Assembly: GCA_000091205.1 (NCBI GenBank) | Contig: AP006484.2 | DNA from: Cyanidioschyzon merolae | Lineage: Eukaryota | DNA length: 64,000 nucleotides | Reading direction: 5' to 3' (one strand) | In this document: one piece after another, positions 46,220 to 58,931 of the stretch | How the letters are laid out: each line of letters begins with the position of its first letter | Numbering within the stretch: the stretch's first letter is position 1 | Notes under the pieces: model-generated | The model's database searches: none | Seen by the model: the letters and a program-made list of their open reading frames with translations, nothing else | Told to the model about the DNA's origin: nothing | Translations under genes and position numbers: made by a program

Positions 46220-46690
46220 TCATCCGTACGCCCATATCATTGTACTTGGCCTATAGAAACTATGCATCTCCATAAAAGTCTGCATCCCAATCGCGAGACA
46301 GGAGCAGAGCATGCGCTTTGTACGCCCGTATCATTGTACTTGGCCTATAGAAACTATGCATCTCGATAAAAGTCTGCATCCCAATCGCGAGACAGGAGCA
46401 GAGCATGCGCTTTGTACGCCCGTATCATTGTACTTGGCCTATAGAAACTATGCATCTCGATAAAAGTCTGCATCCCAATCGCGAGACAGGAGCAGAGCAT
46501 GCGCTTTGTACGCCCGTATCATTGTACTTGGCCTATAGAAACTATGCATCTCGATAAAAGTCTGCATCCCAATCGCGAGACAGGAGCAGAGCATGCGCTT
46601 TGTACGCCCGTATCATTGTACTTGGCCTATAGAAACTATGCATCTCCATAAAAGTCTGCATCACAATCGCGAGACAGGAGCAGAGCAAAC
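46220..46690. repeat. tandem satellite, ~94-bp monomer x ~5
   Basis: tacgcccgtatcattgtacttggcctatagaaactatgcatctcgataaaagtctgcatcccaatcgcgagacaggagcagagcatgcgctttg repeats with a 94-bp period. The terminal units are diverged. It is unrelated in sequence to the 92-bp satellite. Confidence 0.85.
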
Positions 46691-47031
46691 ACTTCTGTGC
46701 TCCGTCGGCTTCTGATCTGCTTCGAGTCGATGTCCTGCGTACGCCTGGCAAGCAGCAAGGGTGCGCTTGCGCAGCACTGACCTGCACCCGGCAGGAGCGG
46801 ATGAAGCTCCATCGCAACACCACCGCGCCGTCGCCGATGACGCACGCCGGCCGCAGCGCGCATCGCACCGGCGGTGTGCGATGCGGACGCGACATCGACG
46901 CGCCTACAGCTGTGGGGCGTTGCTGCTTCGCAGTGTGAAACGTGAGGCAGGTTCATATCACGCTGCGAACGCTTTTCGTGAGGTGCCTGCATAGATCAAT
47001 TATTTTTTCTGAAAGTCTAGTATTCTGAATC

Positions 47032-48576
47032 ATGCAAGAGGGGAGTGTTACGCAAACGCTGGAGAACAAAAAAGCAATAGACGGAACGGCAAGCACGCTG
47101 AATCCTGTTGTGGCTTCCGGTGACTACCGCATCGCGGACCTGAAGTTAGCCTCCTGGGGTCGAGCCGACATCTCGCTCTCTGAATATGAAATGCCTGGGT
47201 TAATGGAGCTTCGGCGTGAGTACGCTCCGCAGCAACCACTGCGGGGCTTGCGCGTGGCCGGCTCCCTACACATGACAGTACAAACGGCTGTGTTGATCGA
47301 GACGTTACGCGCGCTGGGTGCGGAACTCCGTTGGTGTTCCTGCAACATTTTTAGTACTCAAGATCATGCTGCTGCAGCTGTTGTGGCGGCAGGTACTGCG
47401 CACGTCTTCGCTTGGAAAGGGGAATCCTTAGACGAGTACTGGGAGTGCACGGATCGAGCGCTCACGTGGGCCGACCAAGAGGGTCCCGATCTCATCGTTG
47501 ACGACGGTGGCGATATGACGCTGCTTATTCACGAGGGTTTCAAGGCAGAGAAGGAGTACTCGAGCACTGGAAAGTTGCCGGATCCGGAATCCACGACGAA
47601 TGCAGAGTTCAAGTGCGTTTTGCGTACTATTCGCGAATCAATCCAGCGTGATCCGACGCGTTTCCAGCGAATCGCGAATCGAGTCATTGGTGTCTCTGAG
47701 GAGACGACAACCGGTGTGAAACGTCTCGTGCGAATGGCACAAGAAGGCACGCTCCTTTTCCCAGCGATCAATGTGAACGACTCAGTCACCAAATCCAAGT
47801 TCGATAACATCTACGGCTGTCGCCACTCGCTCATAGATGGCATCGCCCGTGCAACGGACGTCATGCTTGCAGGCAAAGTATGCGTCGTCTGCGGGTTCGG
47901 CGACGTAGGCAAGGGCTGTGCAGAGGCACTGCGCGGCGCCGGAGCGCGGGTATTCATCACAGAAGTCGATCCGATCTGCGCCTTGCAGGCATGTATGCAA
48001 GGGTACACGGTGACAACCCTGGAAGATGTTCTCGACATTGCAGATGTGGTGGTAACTGCCACCGGCAACCGTGACATCGTGATGAAGCACCACATGGAGC
48101 GGATGGCGTATGCTCGGCGACCAGGAGGCGACCAGCCGCCGTCGGTGCCGATCATCTGCAACATCGGGCATTTCGATAACGAAATCGACTGGTCTGGACT
48201 CGTGTCGGATCCGAGCATTGAACGAGTCACCATCAAACCGCAGGTCGACCGTTTCATCTGGCCGCATGGTGGCTCTGTCATCATCCTCGCGGAGGCTCGA
48301 CTCGTGAACCTGGGCTGCGCCACAGGCCATCCATCGTTCGTGATGTCGTGCTCGTTTGCGAACCAGACAATGGCCCAGATTGAACTTGCTGCGAATCGGA
48401 ACACGGGCAAGTACCAGAACTCGGTGTACGTACTACCGAAACATCTGGACGAGAAGGTTGCTCGGCTCCATTTGGCAAAACTTGGGGCGAAGCTTACCAA
48501 GCTCACACCAGAGCAGGCTGAGTATATTGGCGTGGATAGCGACGGGCCGTACAAATCAGCGGCATATCGCTACTGA
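47032..48576 (+). CDS. SAHH: S-adenosyl-L-homocysteine hydrolase (adenosylhomocysteinase)
   Basis: ATG at 47032. The NAD-binding region is [45 protein letters not shown], with [13 protein letters not shown]. The ~40-aa insertion segment is typical of plant/bacterial-type SAHH. The 514-aa product is collinear with the enzyme throughout. Confidence 0.9.
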   Translation: MQEGSVTQTLENKKAIDGTASTLNPVVASGDYRIADLKLASWGRADISLSEYEMPGLMELRREYAPQQPLRGLRVAGSLHMTVQTAVLIETLRALGAELRWCSCNIFSTQDHAAAAVVAAGTAHVFAWKGESLDEYWECTDRALTWADQEGPDLIVDDGGDMTLLIHEGFKAEKEYSSTGKLPDPESTTNAEFKCVLRTIRESIQRDPTRFQRIANRVIGVSEETTTGVKRLVRMAQEGTLLFPAINVNDSVTKSKFDNIYGCRHSLIDGIARATDVMLAGKVCVVCGFGDVGKGCAEALRGAGARVFITEVDPICALQACMQGYTVTTLEDVLDIADVVVTATGNRDIVMKHHMERMAYARRPGGDQPPSVPIICNIGHFDNEIDWSGLVSDPSIERVTIKPQVDRFIWPHGGSVIILAEARLVNLGCATGHPSFVMSCSFANQTMAQIELAANRNTGKYQNSVYVLPKHLDEKVARLHLAKLGAKLTKLTPEQAEYIGVDSDGPYKSAAYRY

Positions 48577-51500
48577 GCGGAAAGCGAAAGCCCTGCGAGA
48601 CGTCGCTGCCGCTACGTACATGCGGCACGCTCTCGACGGCTTGGCGTGCCTGTGCTGTGCAAAGCAATGGACGCACGTTTAGAGACATAAATAGCGCCTG
48701 CTGCATGGATCTGCCCGGTGTCCGCTCTGTGCATCCTTGAAAGCTTTTGCGAGGAGGTATGTCCACATCTATTGCTCCAGTAACCCAGTTTTGGACAGCT
48801 GTGAGCGCCACTTGCGCAACGCATATGGCAACGGCTGCCGATACCACCAGTGTCCTGACTGCATGTACGAAGGCCTGGGGCGTGCGCCTAACGTTGCAAC
48901 CACTGCCGTGCGACAGAGCAAGCGGCATCGCGGTGGCATTTCGGTGTATGGCCAGGGATTGTGCTTAAGCACGTGACCGCCAAGTACATGTTCATCGTCA
49001 GAAATTCATGCAATGGACAATGCGAGCTCTACCTCGACGATAGGGTATCGATCGCATGCGGCCTGTAATGACGATTGTAGCGTATGCGCTAGTCCATTGC
49101 CGCTCACCAATGGACGCGTTTCGTTCGCCAACATGGGGTAGTGTTTGGCGCCTTTTCGCGTAACGATGATGAGCATTGTCCTGCGACCCGTTGCTCCGGC
49201 CGTGCGGCAAGGCCGCATTTCTTTTCGATCGTCTAGGATCGGTGCATCGAACCAGGGATTCTCCCGGTATGTGCGCGGGCGAATGCCCTGAGCGTCGCTG
49301 CATGGCTACGTTTGGATTGTTCTACAAAATCTATAAATATACAAATTTGAAATGCGTGGGGTACACACGAAGCGTCGCTGCATCGCAATGACCGCCTCGT
49401 CCTCTAGAATACGTAAATGAATGAGAATTCGATGGCGTCGATGGCGAGGCTCTTCCAAGCCGCTGAGGGCACCGATTGCGCGAGGCATCCAGCTTCTGCT
49501 CTTGTGCGTCCAGCTTGCGTCATTGGCGCTGCAGCGAGAATAGTCCATGATGTCTATGGACATGAGGAAACAGGCAGTGGACTGTTCAGCGCTGAGCACC
49601 GACGAGCACGTTCGCTGTCGCCATGACAATGTCCGTTCTGGCACACGAGGCAGCTTGAGGATCTGCGCGAGTGCTGTAACATCCGAGTCAAAATAGAATG
49701 GAGCATTGGACTATGCGACCGGTAACTGTAGCTCGATTCTCTCAGAACTTTTCTCGCATGTTCAACCTCGATATTCGAAGAGCAGCAATAAAGGCTTGCG
49801 GATTCACACGCATTTTTTTGGATTCGAGGTTGCTTCTTTGGAATAGCTCATACGAATATCTGATGCTGAATTTGGTCACGTCACCGGAATCAGGATGATT
49901 CCCAACGCCCCCGGAATGAAACTTTCGCAAAATAGCCGAAATCAACTTCGATTTCAAATGTACAAGCCTCCAATCTTCTCCGTTCCGGACGTGACGCATG
50001 TCTCAAGTCCTCGATCATTCTGTTTCGGGATACATCATGGGTAAAGCACTTGCCGCCGTTGGATTGTCGTGGGAAACATACACGGTATTGACTCTTCAGG
50101 AGTCGTCCACAAGGCCATGCTGAGCGCTCACTGCACTTTTCTCGCCGAAAAATCGATTTCGTTAGAGGCACAAATCCGCCACTTTTTGTGGTCAGCGACG
50201 AAATGGCATTCGACAGAAGCATGATGCCCGTCACTTGATATGCTCCTAGAGGCTCCAGTCTCTTCCATTTGCACGGAGCAGGGTCTTGGATTCGGACTCG
50301 AGTCATCGCAGCGATCGCCTGCAATAGATAGTTTGTCATCAATGCGTGCGAAAGGCGCATACACAGATCGGAATTTCTCGACTTGATCTCCATCCTGGAT
50401 TCTCCTGCCGGTGCTTGGTTCATCATAAACAATATCACGTTCCAGAGATCCCCTATCGAATGGAAAAATGTGCACTGGCGCGTCCAGTGGACGCGGTGCT
50501 CGCCGAGGGCATCGCCGGGAGGAGAGAGTGATCTTCAGGTGCGGCACACGGCGCAGAAAAGAGAAAGGGTATCAGGAGGAGCCCTCTGAACTCGCCAAGG
50601 GCATGTACTGAACGACGAAGCGAATGTCTACTCGCCACAGAGAGTCGTTTAGAGGAGCAGCAATGGTATACATATGGGGACCTTTGAGCACTGCCAAGTC
50701 CTAGCGCCGCGAGGCTCGCACCAAGCCACCATACAAATACGATGAAAATAGCAAGCGAAGCGTAGATTGCGACTTTCGCCAGTGCAAGAAAAGCGTTGAC
50801 AATAGCCAGAAGTGTCTACATCGGGACTTGCGCGTTCATCTGCATCGTTCCGCTGCTGATAACAGTGCTTGGGGGTACAAGAGATCCCTGAGTTTTTAAA
50901 GCCGGCGGAAACAGAAAGGAACCGGAACCAGTCGCAGAGACAGCACGCCAACGCCGGCTTTCATCACAGCAGGAAAGGCTCGAGCTTGAAGGTCTACGTC
51001 CGAGTGAGCAAAACTTACCCGTACCATTTTTGTCCGAGAAGGGTGTAGTGGTACCCGCAGGCGCGTCCCTCGCAGCGCCAGGAAAATCCCCATGCTGCTG
51101 CGGCGGCCGAGTCGTCCGTAGAGTCATGATATTGACGTCCGAGTCATGCTCCAGCGTCTCTAATGCAGGGTCATATACTGGATGAAGGGTGTCAAAATTA
51201 GAGCTGCAGCGGGTATCGAGATGCGTAAATGCGCCCTTCTTCGTGATAAGGCAGATAAACGCGGCAACACGGAATGTTTATCCCGAGGGTCGCATCTTGC
51301 GCCTGTCGGCGCACCCGAGTAAACGGAAGCACACACAAGCATTGCTATGGAGAGTAAGCGGCCGCTAGCGACATTTAGAACCGGGAAGACACAACAGGAC
51401 GGTGAGCCTTGCGGCGGCGGTGGCGGTGGCGGCGGTAGCAACAGAAACTGCAGCGATCTGTTGCTTCCAAGTTTAATTTCGTTCAGAAAGCTTCGCAAGA

Positions 51501-51995
51501 GGTATAAAGTGACTTCCTTCTCAGGACAGATAGGACGAGTCGGGCTTCACGAACTAAGATCCACGCAAACTAGCGCCAGAGAACGCGAGTCGACCACGTG
51601 GCGGTCAGCCGTTTTGGAGCCCGAGGACTCCGCTTAAAGCGAACGTTGAACATAGCTGGGAACAGAAGCAGTACTGCACTTTGAGGCGCCCTAGGTTCAG
51701 CTGCATCGAGTCAGGCAAGTGTTTCTTGGTTATACACGCTGGGCGGTCGCAAGTGTTTCTGGTGCACGCCGGGTGCCCGCTGTAGCTCCAGCGGACCGAA
51801 CAGGGCAAGCGGTTGTACCTGTGGGCGGAAACGAGCGGCCTCCAGTGCCGCGCTGTACGTTCTTTTCTGAACCGGACGGCGCTCGGGGTACCGGCTCCGA
51901 GAGCTACTGTGGAAGCTCTGCTGTACGTTTCCGTTGGGTTCGGCTTTGCGTCTCAACGGGGAACGATCGCTCTCCGCGCTAGGGTCTCGCTTTGC

Positions 51996-54392
51996 ATGGA
52001 GGCGGAACAGAAACCAACAAAGGATGTCACCACTGGTCGCACCGACGGAAGCGCATCCACTGAAGAAAGCGCAACAGCGTCTGTAGCCGGCTCAGCTGAG
52101 CGAAACACGAGTGCATCACGCGCTGCAACTTGTTGTGGAGCGGACGCTTTACCCAGTAGCCGGGCTGTCCTAGCACGGAACGTCTCCGAGAGTCCTGACC
52201 AGTCGGCGGAAACCTTGGTTGCTCGTCTCGCCGCTACCAAAGCCGAGCTCGAACGAACGCGATCAGAGTATGCGGCATACAGAGAAAGCGTTCAGCGAAC
52301 GTTGGCGCTCATCCTACCAGAAAAGCCCTTTGTGATTGCGTTTGAGGCCCTTCGTCGAGGCTACACCACGGTCAGGGACACCCAGATCGTCCGTGATATG
52401 TGCCAACGAGTGAATGGACCTCAATGGGATGCCATTTTCGAATCGTTCTACCAAGCTGTGCTGTATTACCGCGAGTTACGACCGTCTTCACTTGTCCAAC
52501 GCGATGCCGACCTGCCGCAGGACTGGTTTCGCGAGCCTTGGTACTGCCTCTACCCACAGTTCATGGGCACGGAGCAGGATGATGTCCTAGCCAAAGTGCA
52601 CAGCTTTCGTGACCTGATCGATCTTTTACCTTACTGGGAGGCACTCGGGATACGGAATTTGTCGCTGCTTCCTCATTACGACAGCGACTGGGCTGACGGG
52701 GGTTACGACGTTCGTGCGTATCGGCCTCATCCGGCGCTTGGTGGTCTCGAGGCGTTCCAGGAGTTCGTCTCGGCGGCAACGCAACGCGGGTTTCGCCTCA
52801 TGACGGAGGCTATATTCAGTCATACGGCAACCGATCACGAGTGGTTTCAACGCGCACTTCGCGGCGAGTCGCGATACCTTCGCTACTATCTCCGGCGCGA
52901 TGGAAGGGAGAAAATTGGGGAATACGAGCGCAACGGGGAAGTCATCTGTCGGTATCGAGACCCTGACGGCACCATCACCGAACGCATATGTTTGTTCCCT
53001 GATATTGACCGTACGCATGGACTTTGGGTGCAGGTTAAGAGACAAAACGGGTCCGTTGCGTCGGAGAAGAACGAAACCAGCACGGAGACGGTTCAGTTCT
53101 ATCGCACTTTTCTTCCATTTCAGGTCGATCTGAATCTCCAAAATCCAGATGTTTTGCAGGAATTTTTCCACCTCCTCGGTGAAGAGTTACAGTTGGGAAT
53201 TCTCGGCAAGCGTATAGACGCAGTGGCGCACTGGGTCAAGCGTCCCGGAACCCCCGGCGATGGACTCCCTGAAACCCACACTCTTCTGGCGCTCTTCAAG
53301 TCATTCATTCATCACCTGTGTCCACGCGCAGTGCTGATGCCCGAGGCCGTACGACCCAACCATATCGCCAGCCAATACGCTGGTATCGGAACGGAGCTTT
53401 GCGGAAATACGCGCAGCTCTGAGGGCGATCTTGTCCTCTGCTTTGAGCTGCAGGCAGCGCTTCGTGAGATGCTCTGGTTCCGTCGAACGGCGCCCTGGTG
53501 GCGTGTTGTACTGCAACTTCCCAAACTACCGGCAGGCGCGGATTGGTGCGTTCCGTTTGCGCACCACGACGATATTTATCTGGGGTTCTTTGAGCCATCG
53601 GTGCGTGCTGACGCAGTCCAGTGGATACGCACATGTGGCGGGCTCGTCTACCGTGGCGGCATCTCGGCGGCGTGTAGTGAGTACGACCTGCTGGCGAGGG
53701 ATCCGCGGCGCCTGGGCCTGGCGTTTTTCATCTTGCTCGTGGGTGTCGGCACGCCGTTCCTCTACCAGGGTCTGGAGCTTGGAATGAGTAGTTCCTTTGA
53801 TTATGCGCGGTTGCAGATGCAAAGACGCTACGAGCGACTGAAGAAATGCGGCGTGCTGGTAGCAGAGGGCGCCTGTATGGATCCTCGCGACCTTCATCGT
53901 GGTCCGATCCCGCGGGCTCTTCTCTGGGAAGCTCTGGAGCAGAGCGAGGCCCAGGGCTATCAAGTACCGACCAGGCTGGGGTTCGGTGTGGCGATTCTTC
54001 GACAACTGAATGCGCTGCGCTCGGCGCGGCCCAGTTTGCGTTCGGGAAGCATTCAACCGATTGATACCGGTCGTGCGGAGATTATCGCGTTTATTCGGCA
54101 TCATGGCTCACGGGACGGTCCATTGTTGTGTGCAGCGAATCTTAGTGATAGCGAGGTCGAGATGGTTACACCGTCGTGGCAGCTAGGGGCTTATTTAGGG
54201 ACCAACACCGCAACCGACTTGGTCTGCAGCGATCTCCTGCGAGATGCTGGCACTTTTGCGGTTCCAGACGGTGAGCGGGAAGCGTCGGGCGCCCAGAAGA
54301 GGTTGCGTTTACAGGGCACCGGTTACGTGCTTCGTCTTGAGCCGCTTGCGATGCAGATTCTAGAGCCGAGCAAGCCCACGCGTCAGAAGTAG
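51996..54392 (+). CDS. glycoside hydrolase family 13 enzyme, amylosucrase-like (GH13 subfamily 4-like), with ~200-aa N-terminal extension
   Basis: FSHTATDHEWFQRA vs amylosucrase FNHTSNEHEWAQRC. FQVDLNLQNPDV vs FQWDLNYSNPWV. GKRIDAVAHWVK vs RMDAVAFIWK (nucleophile Asp). LMPEAVRPNH (acid/base Glu). VPFAHHDDI (third catalytic Asp). The track start is TTG. The first ATG is at 51996. Confidence 0.7.
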   Translation: MEAEQKPTKDVTTGRTDGSASTEESATASVAGSAERNTSASRAATCCGADALPSSRAVLARNVSESPDQSAETLVARLAATKAELERTRSEYAAYRESVQRTLALILPEKPFVIAFEALRRGYTTVRDTQIVRDMCQRVNGPQWDAIFESFYQAVLYYRELRPSSLVQRDADLPQDWFREPWYCLYPQFMGTEQDDVLAKVHSFRDLIDLLPYWEALGIRNLSLLPHYDSDWADGGYDVRAYRPHPALGGLEAFQEFVSAATQRGFRLMTEAIFSHTATDHEWFQRALRGESRYLRYYLRRDGREKIGEYERNGEVICRYRDPDGTITERICLFPDIDRTHGLWVQVKRQNGSVASEKNETSTETVQFYRTFLPFQVDLNLQNPDVLQEFFHLLGEELQLGILGKRIDAVAHWVKRPGTPGDGLPETHTLLALFKSFIHHLCPRAVLMPEAVRPNHIASQYAGIGTELCGNTRSSEGDLVLCFELQAALREMLWFRRTAPWWRVVLQLPKLPAGADWCVPFAHHDDIYLGFFEPSVRADAVQWIRTCGGLVYRGGISAACSEYDLLARDPRRLGLAFFILLVGVGTPFLYQGLELGMSSSFDYARLQMQRRYERLKKCGVLVAEGACMDPRDLHRGPIPRALLWEALEQSEAQGYQVPTRLGFGVAILRQLNALRSARPSLRSGSIQPIDTGRAEIIAFIRHHGSRDGPLLCAANLSDSEVEMVTPSWQLGAYLGTNTATDLVCSDLLRDAGTFAVPDGEREASGAQKRLRLQGTGYVLRLEPLAMQILEPSKPTRQK

Positions 54393-57300
54393 CGTGGGTA
54401 CTACTGTTAGGGAAACTTGTGCAGAATTTCACAGCGGCTAGCGTGGTATCTAAACAATGGATAGAGAAACCAGCTTCGAGGATGCTATGCGCTAATAACT
54501 GGGGCGCATTCCGAAGAGCTGCCTATGCGCGAGCGCGTTGTCTTCTCTGGTGAAGCACCCGGCTGCACTGCAGTGCTGTGCAGCGCGGTGTTGCGGATCC
54601 GCTTGGGTACGGTTCCCGACGTAGCGCGGTACAGAAGCGCAATCACAATCTGCTTTTCATGCAGGTGAGCGCTGGTTGATGCTGCGACTTGATCAGGATC
54701 TGTGGGCCGTTTCATGAGAAACGAATGACAGGCTCATGGAATTTGCGGTTCCGTCGGTGGTAGCGATGCAACTCGTGAACCACTTACCTCGTAATATGGT
54801 GACTCTGAGCGACGCTGCCAAATGGTTCGTGAGCATGAACGTCCTCGTCACACGGATGCAGTCGTTCGGAACAGCGGCTTTATGGGACCTGTCCTCGACG
54901 ATGGTGTCGATCCTGTGCTTGCAGTGCTTGAAAACAAGGAGCGTAGAGATGGGATCTGCACAGTCCATGGAGCCTCACAGTGATTCCGCGCTGGTCTTCT
55001 CCGCAGAGGTACGCCCAGTGCTTATGCTCATTCACGCTAGCGTCTCTTGGTTCGAACTTGGTTTGAGCGATTGAACGCGGCTGCACGATTCAAACGCCGA
55101 ACAGGGGCGGATTCCACTTGGCGATGGCAGCAGCCGGGGGCACGACGCTCGACGACGCCATCTTTCTCCACTGGAACGATGTTTGGAGCTAATCAAGTGC
55201 TGTTCCTATCGAGCGCGCCAGTTCGATGAGATTGACGACGCCCAACAAGTTCATGCGAGTCGTGGAACCTGAGATGCGGAGCTTGCGCTCGCGGTGGCGC
55301 TTATTACAACTGCTTAGCACCAGTCGCTGTGACGAGCCCGCAGCAGCAGCAGCAGCGCCCGACAGGACTCGGGGCGGATCAGTTACCACCCGTGCTGTCT
55401 ACCGTGGTCAGATATTCCCAAATGTCCGCCAAATTTAGTTTTCCTCCGAGCGCTACCCTGTCGCGCGTGAACGCTCGCCTCATCGCTCGATACACTCTAC
55501 TGAAACCTACAGAAAGCTTCGCACCATGCCCTCTTTCGTTCCGTTGCCCGGCGTCGTAGCCCGGAATTACGGGCTTCGTCTGGGAAATCCGATCGGAAAG
55601 TACTCTGTCTACCGCACATACAAGAGCACACTGATCCACGCTACGGAGGATTTGTTGAACGAGATGTTTCTTCCCGATGAAATAACTGCCGCAAGGAGGA
55701 TCCAAGATGGAAAAACTCTATCCATCTAGGCTCCGTTCATGCAAAGAGATGTCGAATTCTCCACGGTAGGGGATCGTTGCAATGACTCTGGTCAACGTTT
55801 AAGACCCGCTTCTCATGCATAAAGAAAAGACGGTAACGTCTAGGAACATAATCAGCAGCGCATACCACGCTGCTGTCGAATGGCGTTTCGTGGATGATCA
55901 CGTTGACGGGAGGATTTATCTTTCGAGCGGAATCGATGGGTTGATTTTACAACTTCGTTGAACCGCTCGACGTGATCGTAAGAGCATGTCGTCGACGGAC
56001 GACGTCCTGTACTGTTCCTCAACATTCCAGTGACGCGAATCGCTCCGCCCACGAGTTGCCTGGATTCGAAAAGATAAAGAACTTGAAGAAAACCTATTGT
56101 CAGTATACCAGGTGTACCAAACCAAAAGATGGACGTGTTGTGCATATAAAATTCGTTATGATATCGGTTACTTGATGCGAATCTGAGTGCGAAGGCGTTG
56201 CGCGTCCTCTTGAATCCAGTGGCATAACGAGATCCAGCGGCAAAGCATCAAAGAAACTACTCCAACAAGACAACCAAGAATCCCAATTTTTGCTATGAAT
56301 CCATAAGGGCTGATTACAGCACCTCGTATTCAGGGCCTGTACATCAAAAGCAAGTTTCGAAATACATCGCCAGGCAGCAACAGAGCACGCTCATCATTTT
56401 TCCATGTCAAAATCAGTCGAGTCTAGAAGAGGGTGCTGCCTGAAACATCCACGTACAATAAGGACAAACGCTCCATGGGTCCATGGACATGCATGCACCC
56501 ACCTCTTCGTCTAATTCCTGAGCGCAGGCATCGTGAACATGTGTGCGCAAGTTACCTGAATAGACCAGCTGGGGGCAGCACTCCCAGTAGCGCGCACGCA
56601 GCCTCAGGCCGCCAACTCCTCAGGACGTCCCAAACCCTTGACATTACCTACGAAACAGATTCAGACGACTCCAACCTGACAAATACTCATATTGTCCAAA
56701 TCTCGCGTCTCCAACAACAAGTTAGAGCAAGCTGACTTACACCAAGAATAGAACGTCCCCGCATACGCTGTGTCTGCTCGAAGCTGCTTCTACGCGCGAT
56801 CGTGCACCGCGTGGTTGCGCGCCGCCGCCAGATGATGCAGCGATTCGATCTGGCGCTACGAAGAAGCATTCGTGCGCTCTATGGCAAAGGCGGCCAAAAA
56901 GCACCAACGGCATCTTAACGATGATCATGATCATCATTAATGTTGACGATATCACCATCAACATCAACAACATCGCTAACAGCATAGGATCCAAGACCTC
57001 CAGTACTCGTAGCAGTCGTAGCATCCTCGCTTATAGCGCACGATCGCTAGAGGCCTTTGCGCATCATCGCCGCCGCCGCCGCAGCTGCTGCCGCCGCCGC
57101 CGCCGCCTTGGAATCTCCCGACGGGTTGATCCAGAGCGGCTCGGTACCGTAGGGAGGCAGGTACGAGGTTTAGGTTTCGCCTGGAGCGCGCTTTGGGGCA
57201 GCCTTTTCAGGGCTGTTCTCGAACACTCTTGCTCTATTTGCAAAAGTCTTAGTTCACTGTGGTTGCGTGCGCGAGTTGTGTTGGCGCTCTGCTCTGGTGC

Positions 57301-57405
57301 AGTGGACTTGGTGACAACGTTCACTGGAACGGAAGCGTCACGAGGCGTGAGCAGCGCTGCGCGTGTCGCGAGGCAGAGCGAACCTTCTGGCTTGCTTGGT
57401 CCTGA

Positions 57406-58737
57406 ATGAAGCAGACTGAGCCCATGGAAACTGAGACGCAGTCAGAAACGCCTACAGCACCAAGTTCACGTGAGTCCGTTTCTGAGCAGAGCGGGGCGGT
57501 GTCGGCCGAGTCACGGAAGGTGTTGCCTCGGATCGCAAGTGCGGGCAATGAGCTCTATCGCGCAGCGGCGCCTGGTGTGCCATCCGCGGTGACTGCTTCG
57601 TATTCTGACTTTATTGCACAACAGCAGCATTATCAGCAGCAACAGAGAAGTTTAAGCGGCAGTGGTGGCAGCGGTCTTCGTCATAGCTTTTCGTGGGGTT
57701 CGTTCGTAGCGGCACCACCGTTCGCCGTCGGGTATGGAAGCGGTATCGGAGGCAGCGTCCCTAACCTGAGCTCTGGGGCTGCCCCGTTGGGTGCCGCAGA
57801 GATTCTCGCACAAAACGCATACCTCCACTCGGAACTAAACCGGGCGCAGTCGGAAATACAGGCACTACGGAATCGTATTTACGAGCTGGAGATGCACCTG
57901 GGGGTTGCCAGCTGTGGCGTCCGTTCCCCGACTGAAAGAGCATCAACACCTCCAGCTCCGGCGAGCGCTGGTCAGGGCAAGGCGCCAGGCAGCAGCACTG
58001 CGGTCGCTTTGGGCTCTGGGCCAGTGCTGACTGCGCCGCCGCCCTTGCACGTAGCAACTGCAGTTCCGTTTGGAGGATCAGCTGCGATACCGGCTTCTGG
58101 TGTTGGCGCGCTGTACTCTAACAATCGAGTGATGCCCTGCATGTCAATGCCGCATAGCTCGAGTCCACTGAATTTGCCAGCCTGGCGACCAGATCGGTTT
58201 TCGCCGTCTCCACCACCCGCCCAGTTTGGCAGCGGCCTCAGCACCAGCGCTACTACTGCATCTGGGCGCGCGGCATCTGTGCCAAACCAACCGTTTTCCT
58301 CTGCTGGACCTGGTAGTAGTCATGCGCGGCCGGGGCTCGCCGCAAAGAGCATGCTCGCCCGACACGATTCTCTAGGTTCCATCAGCAAAGACAGCCATAA
58401 CAGCCACGCGGATGAATACGGAACTGGGGGTTACAGCAGCAGCAGTGGAAGCAGTCTTCGTATTGGAGAACGTAGACGATCTCAATCATCCTCGAAACGA
58501 CGTGGAAGAGCCTCATCAGTGGGGTCGGCACCGGAGACCGGAACCCCGCAGCCACGGTACTGGACTCAGGAGGAACACCAACGTTTCCTGGAAGCTCTGG
58601 AAAAATTCGGAACCCGGAACGTGAGAGCGATCAGCGAGTATGTTGGTACTCGAAACGCAACGCAGGTTCGCACCCATGCACAGAAGTACTTCTTGCGGCT
58701 CACTAGAGAGGCAGAGAGGAAAACCTCGCGACCATGA
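57406..58737 (+). CDS. MYB-like transcription factor, SHAQKYF class (single Myb/SANT repeat at C-terminus)
   Basis: ATG at 57406. The C-terminus is RYWTQEEHQRFLEALEKFGTRNVRAISEYVGTRNATQVRTHAQKYFLRL. The preceding ~380 aa are Ser/Ala/Gly/Pro-rich low complexity with a short coiled-coil. Confidence 0.7.
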   Translation: MKQTEPMETETQSETPTAPSSRESVSEQSGAVSAESRKVLPRIASAGNELYRAAAPGVPSAVTASYSDFIAQQQHYQQQQRSLSGSGGSGLRHSFSWGSFVAAPPFAVGYGSGIGGSVPNLSSGAAPLGAAEILAQNAYLHSELNRAQSEIQALRNRIYELEMHLGVASCGVRSPTERASTPPAPASAGQGKAPGSSTAVALGSGPVLTAPPPLHVATAVPFGGSAAIPASGVGALYSNNRVMPCMSMPHSSSPLNLPAWRPDRFSPSPPPAQFGSGLSTSATTASGRAASVPNQPFSSAGPGSSHARPGLAAKSMLARHDSLGSISKDSHNSHADEYGTGGYSSSSGSSLRIGERRRSQSSSKRRGRASSVGSAPETGTPQPRYWTQEEHQRFLEALEKFGTRNVRAISEYVGTRNATQVRTHAQKYFLRLTREAERKTSRP

Positions 58738-58767
58738 CACCACCGCCTTTCGAAAGTCGAACGACGT

Positions 58768-58840
58768 CGCCGACGGTATAGCGTAGTGGCGGCAAACGGG
58801 CCTTAGACAAATCGTCTCCAACTGATGTGCAGACGCCTCC
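58768..58840. repeat. 73-nt direct repeat, left copy, flanking the Fanzor-element region
   Basis: cgccgacggtatagcgtagtggcggcaaacgggccttagacaaatcgtctccaactgatgtgcagacgcctcc vs the right copy cgccggccgtgcagagtagtggcgagtgacccgccccagacatgacgtgtccaactgacgtgcagacgcttcc at 62392-62464. Confidence 0.6.
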
Positions 58841-58931
58841 CCGTCTTTTTCGACCGGCCACGCACTACTGGTTCCCACTTTTTCTCATATAGTTCGATTT
58901 TGAGGGGTTGTCCTACAAAGGACCTTGTTGT

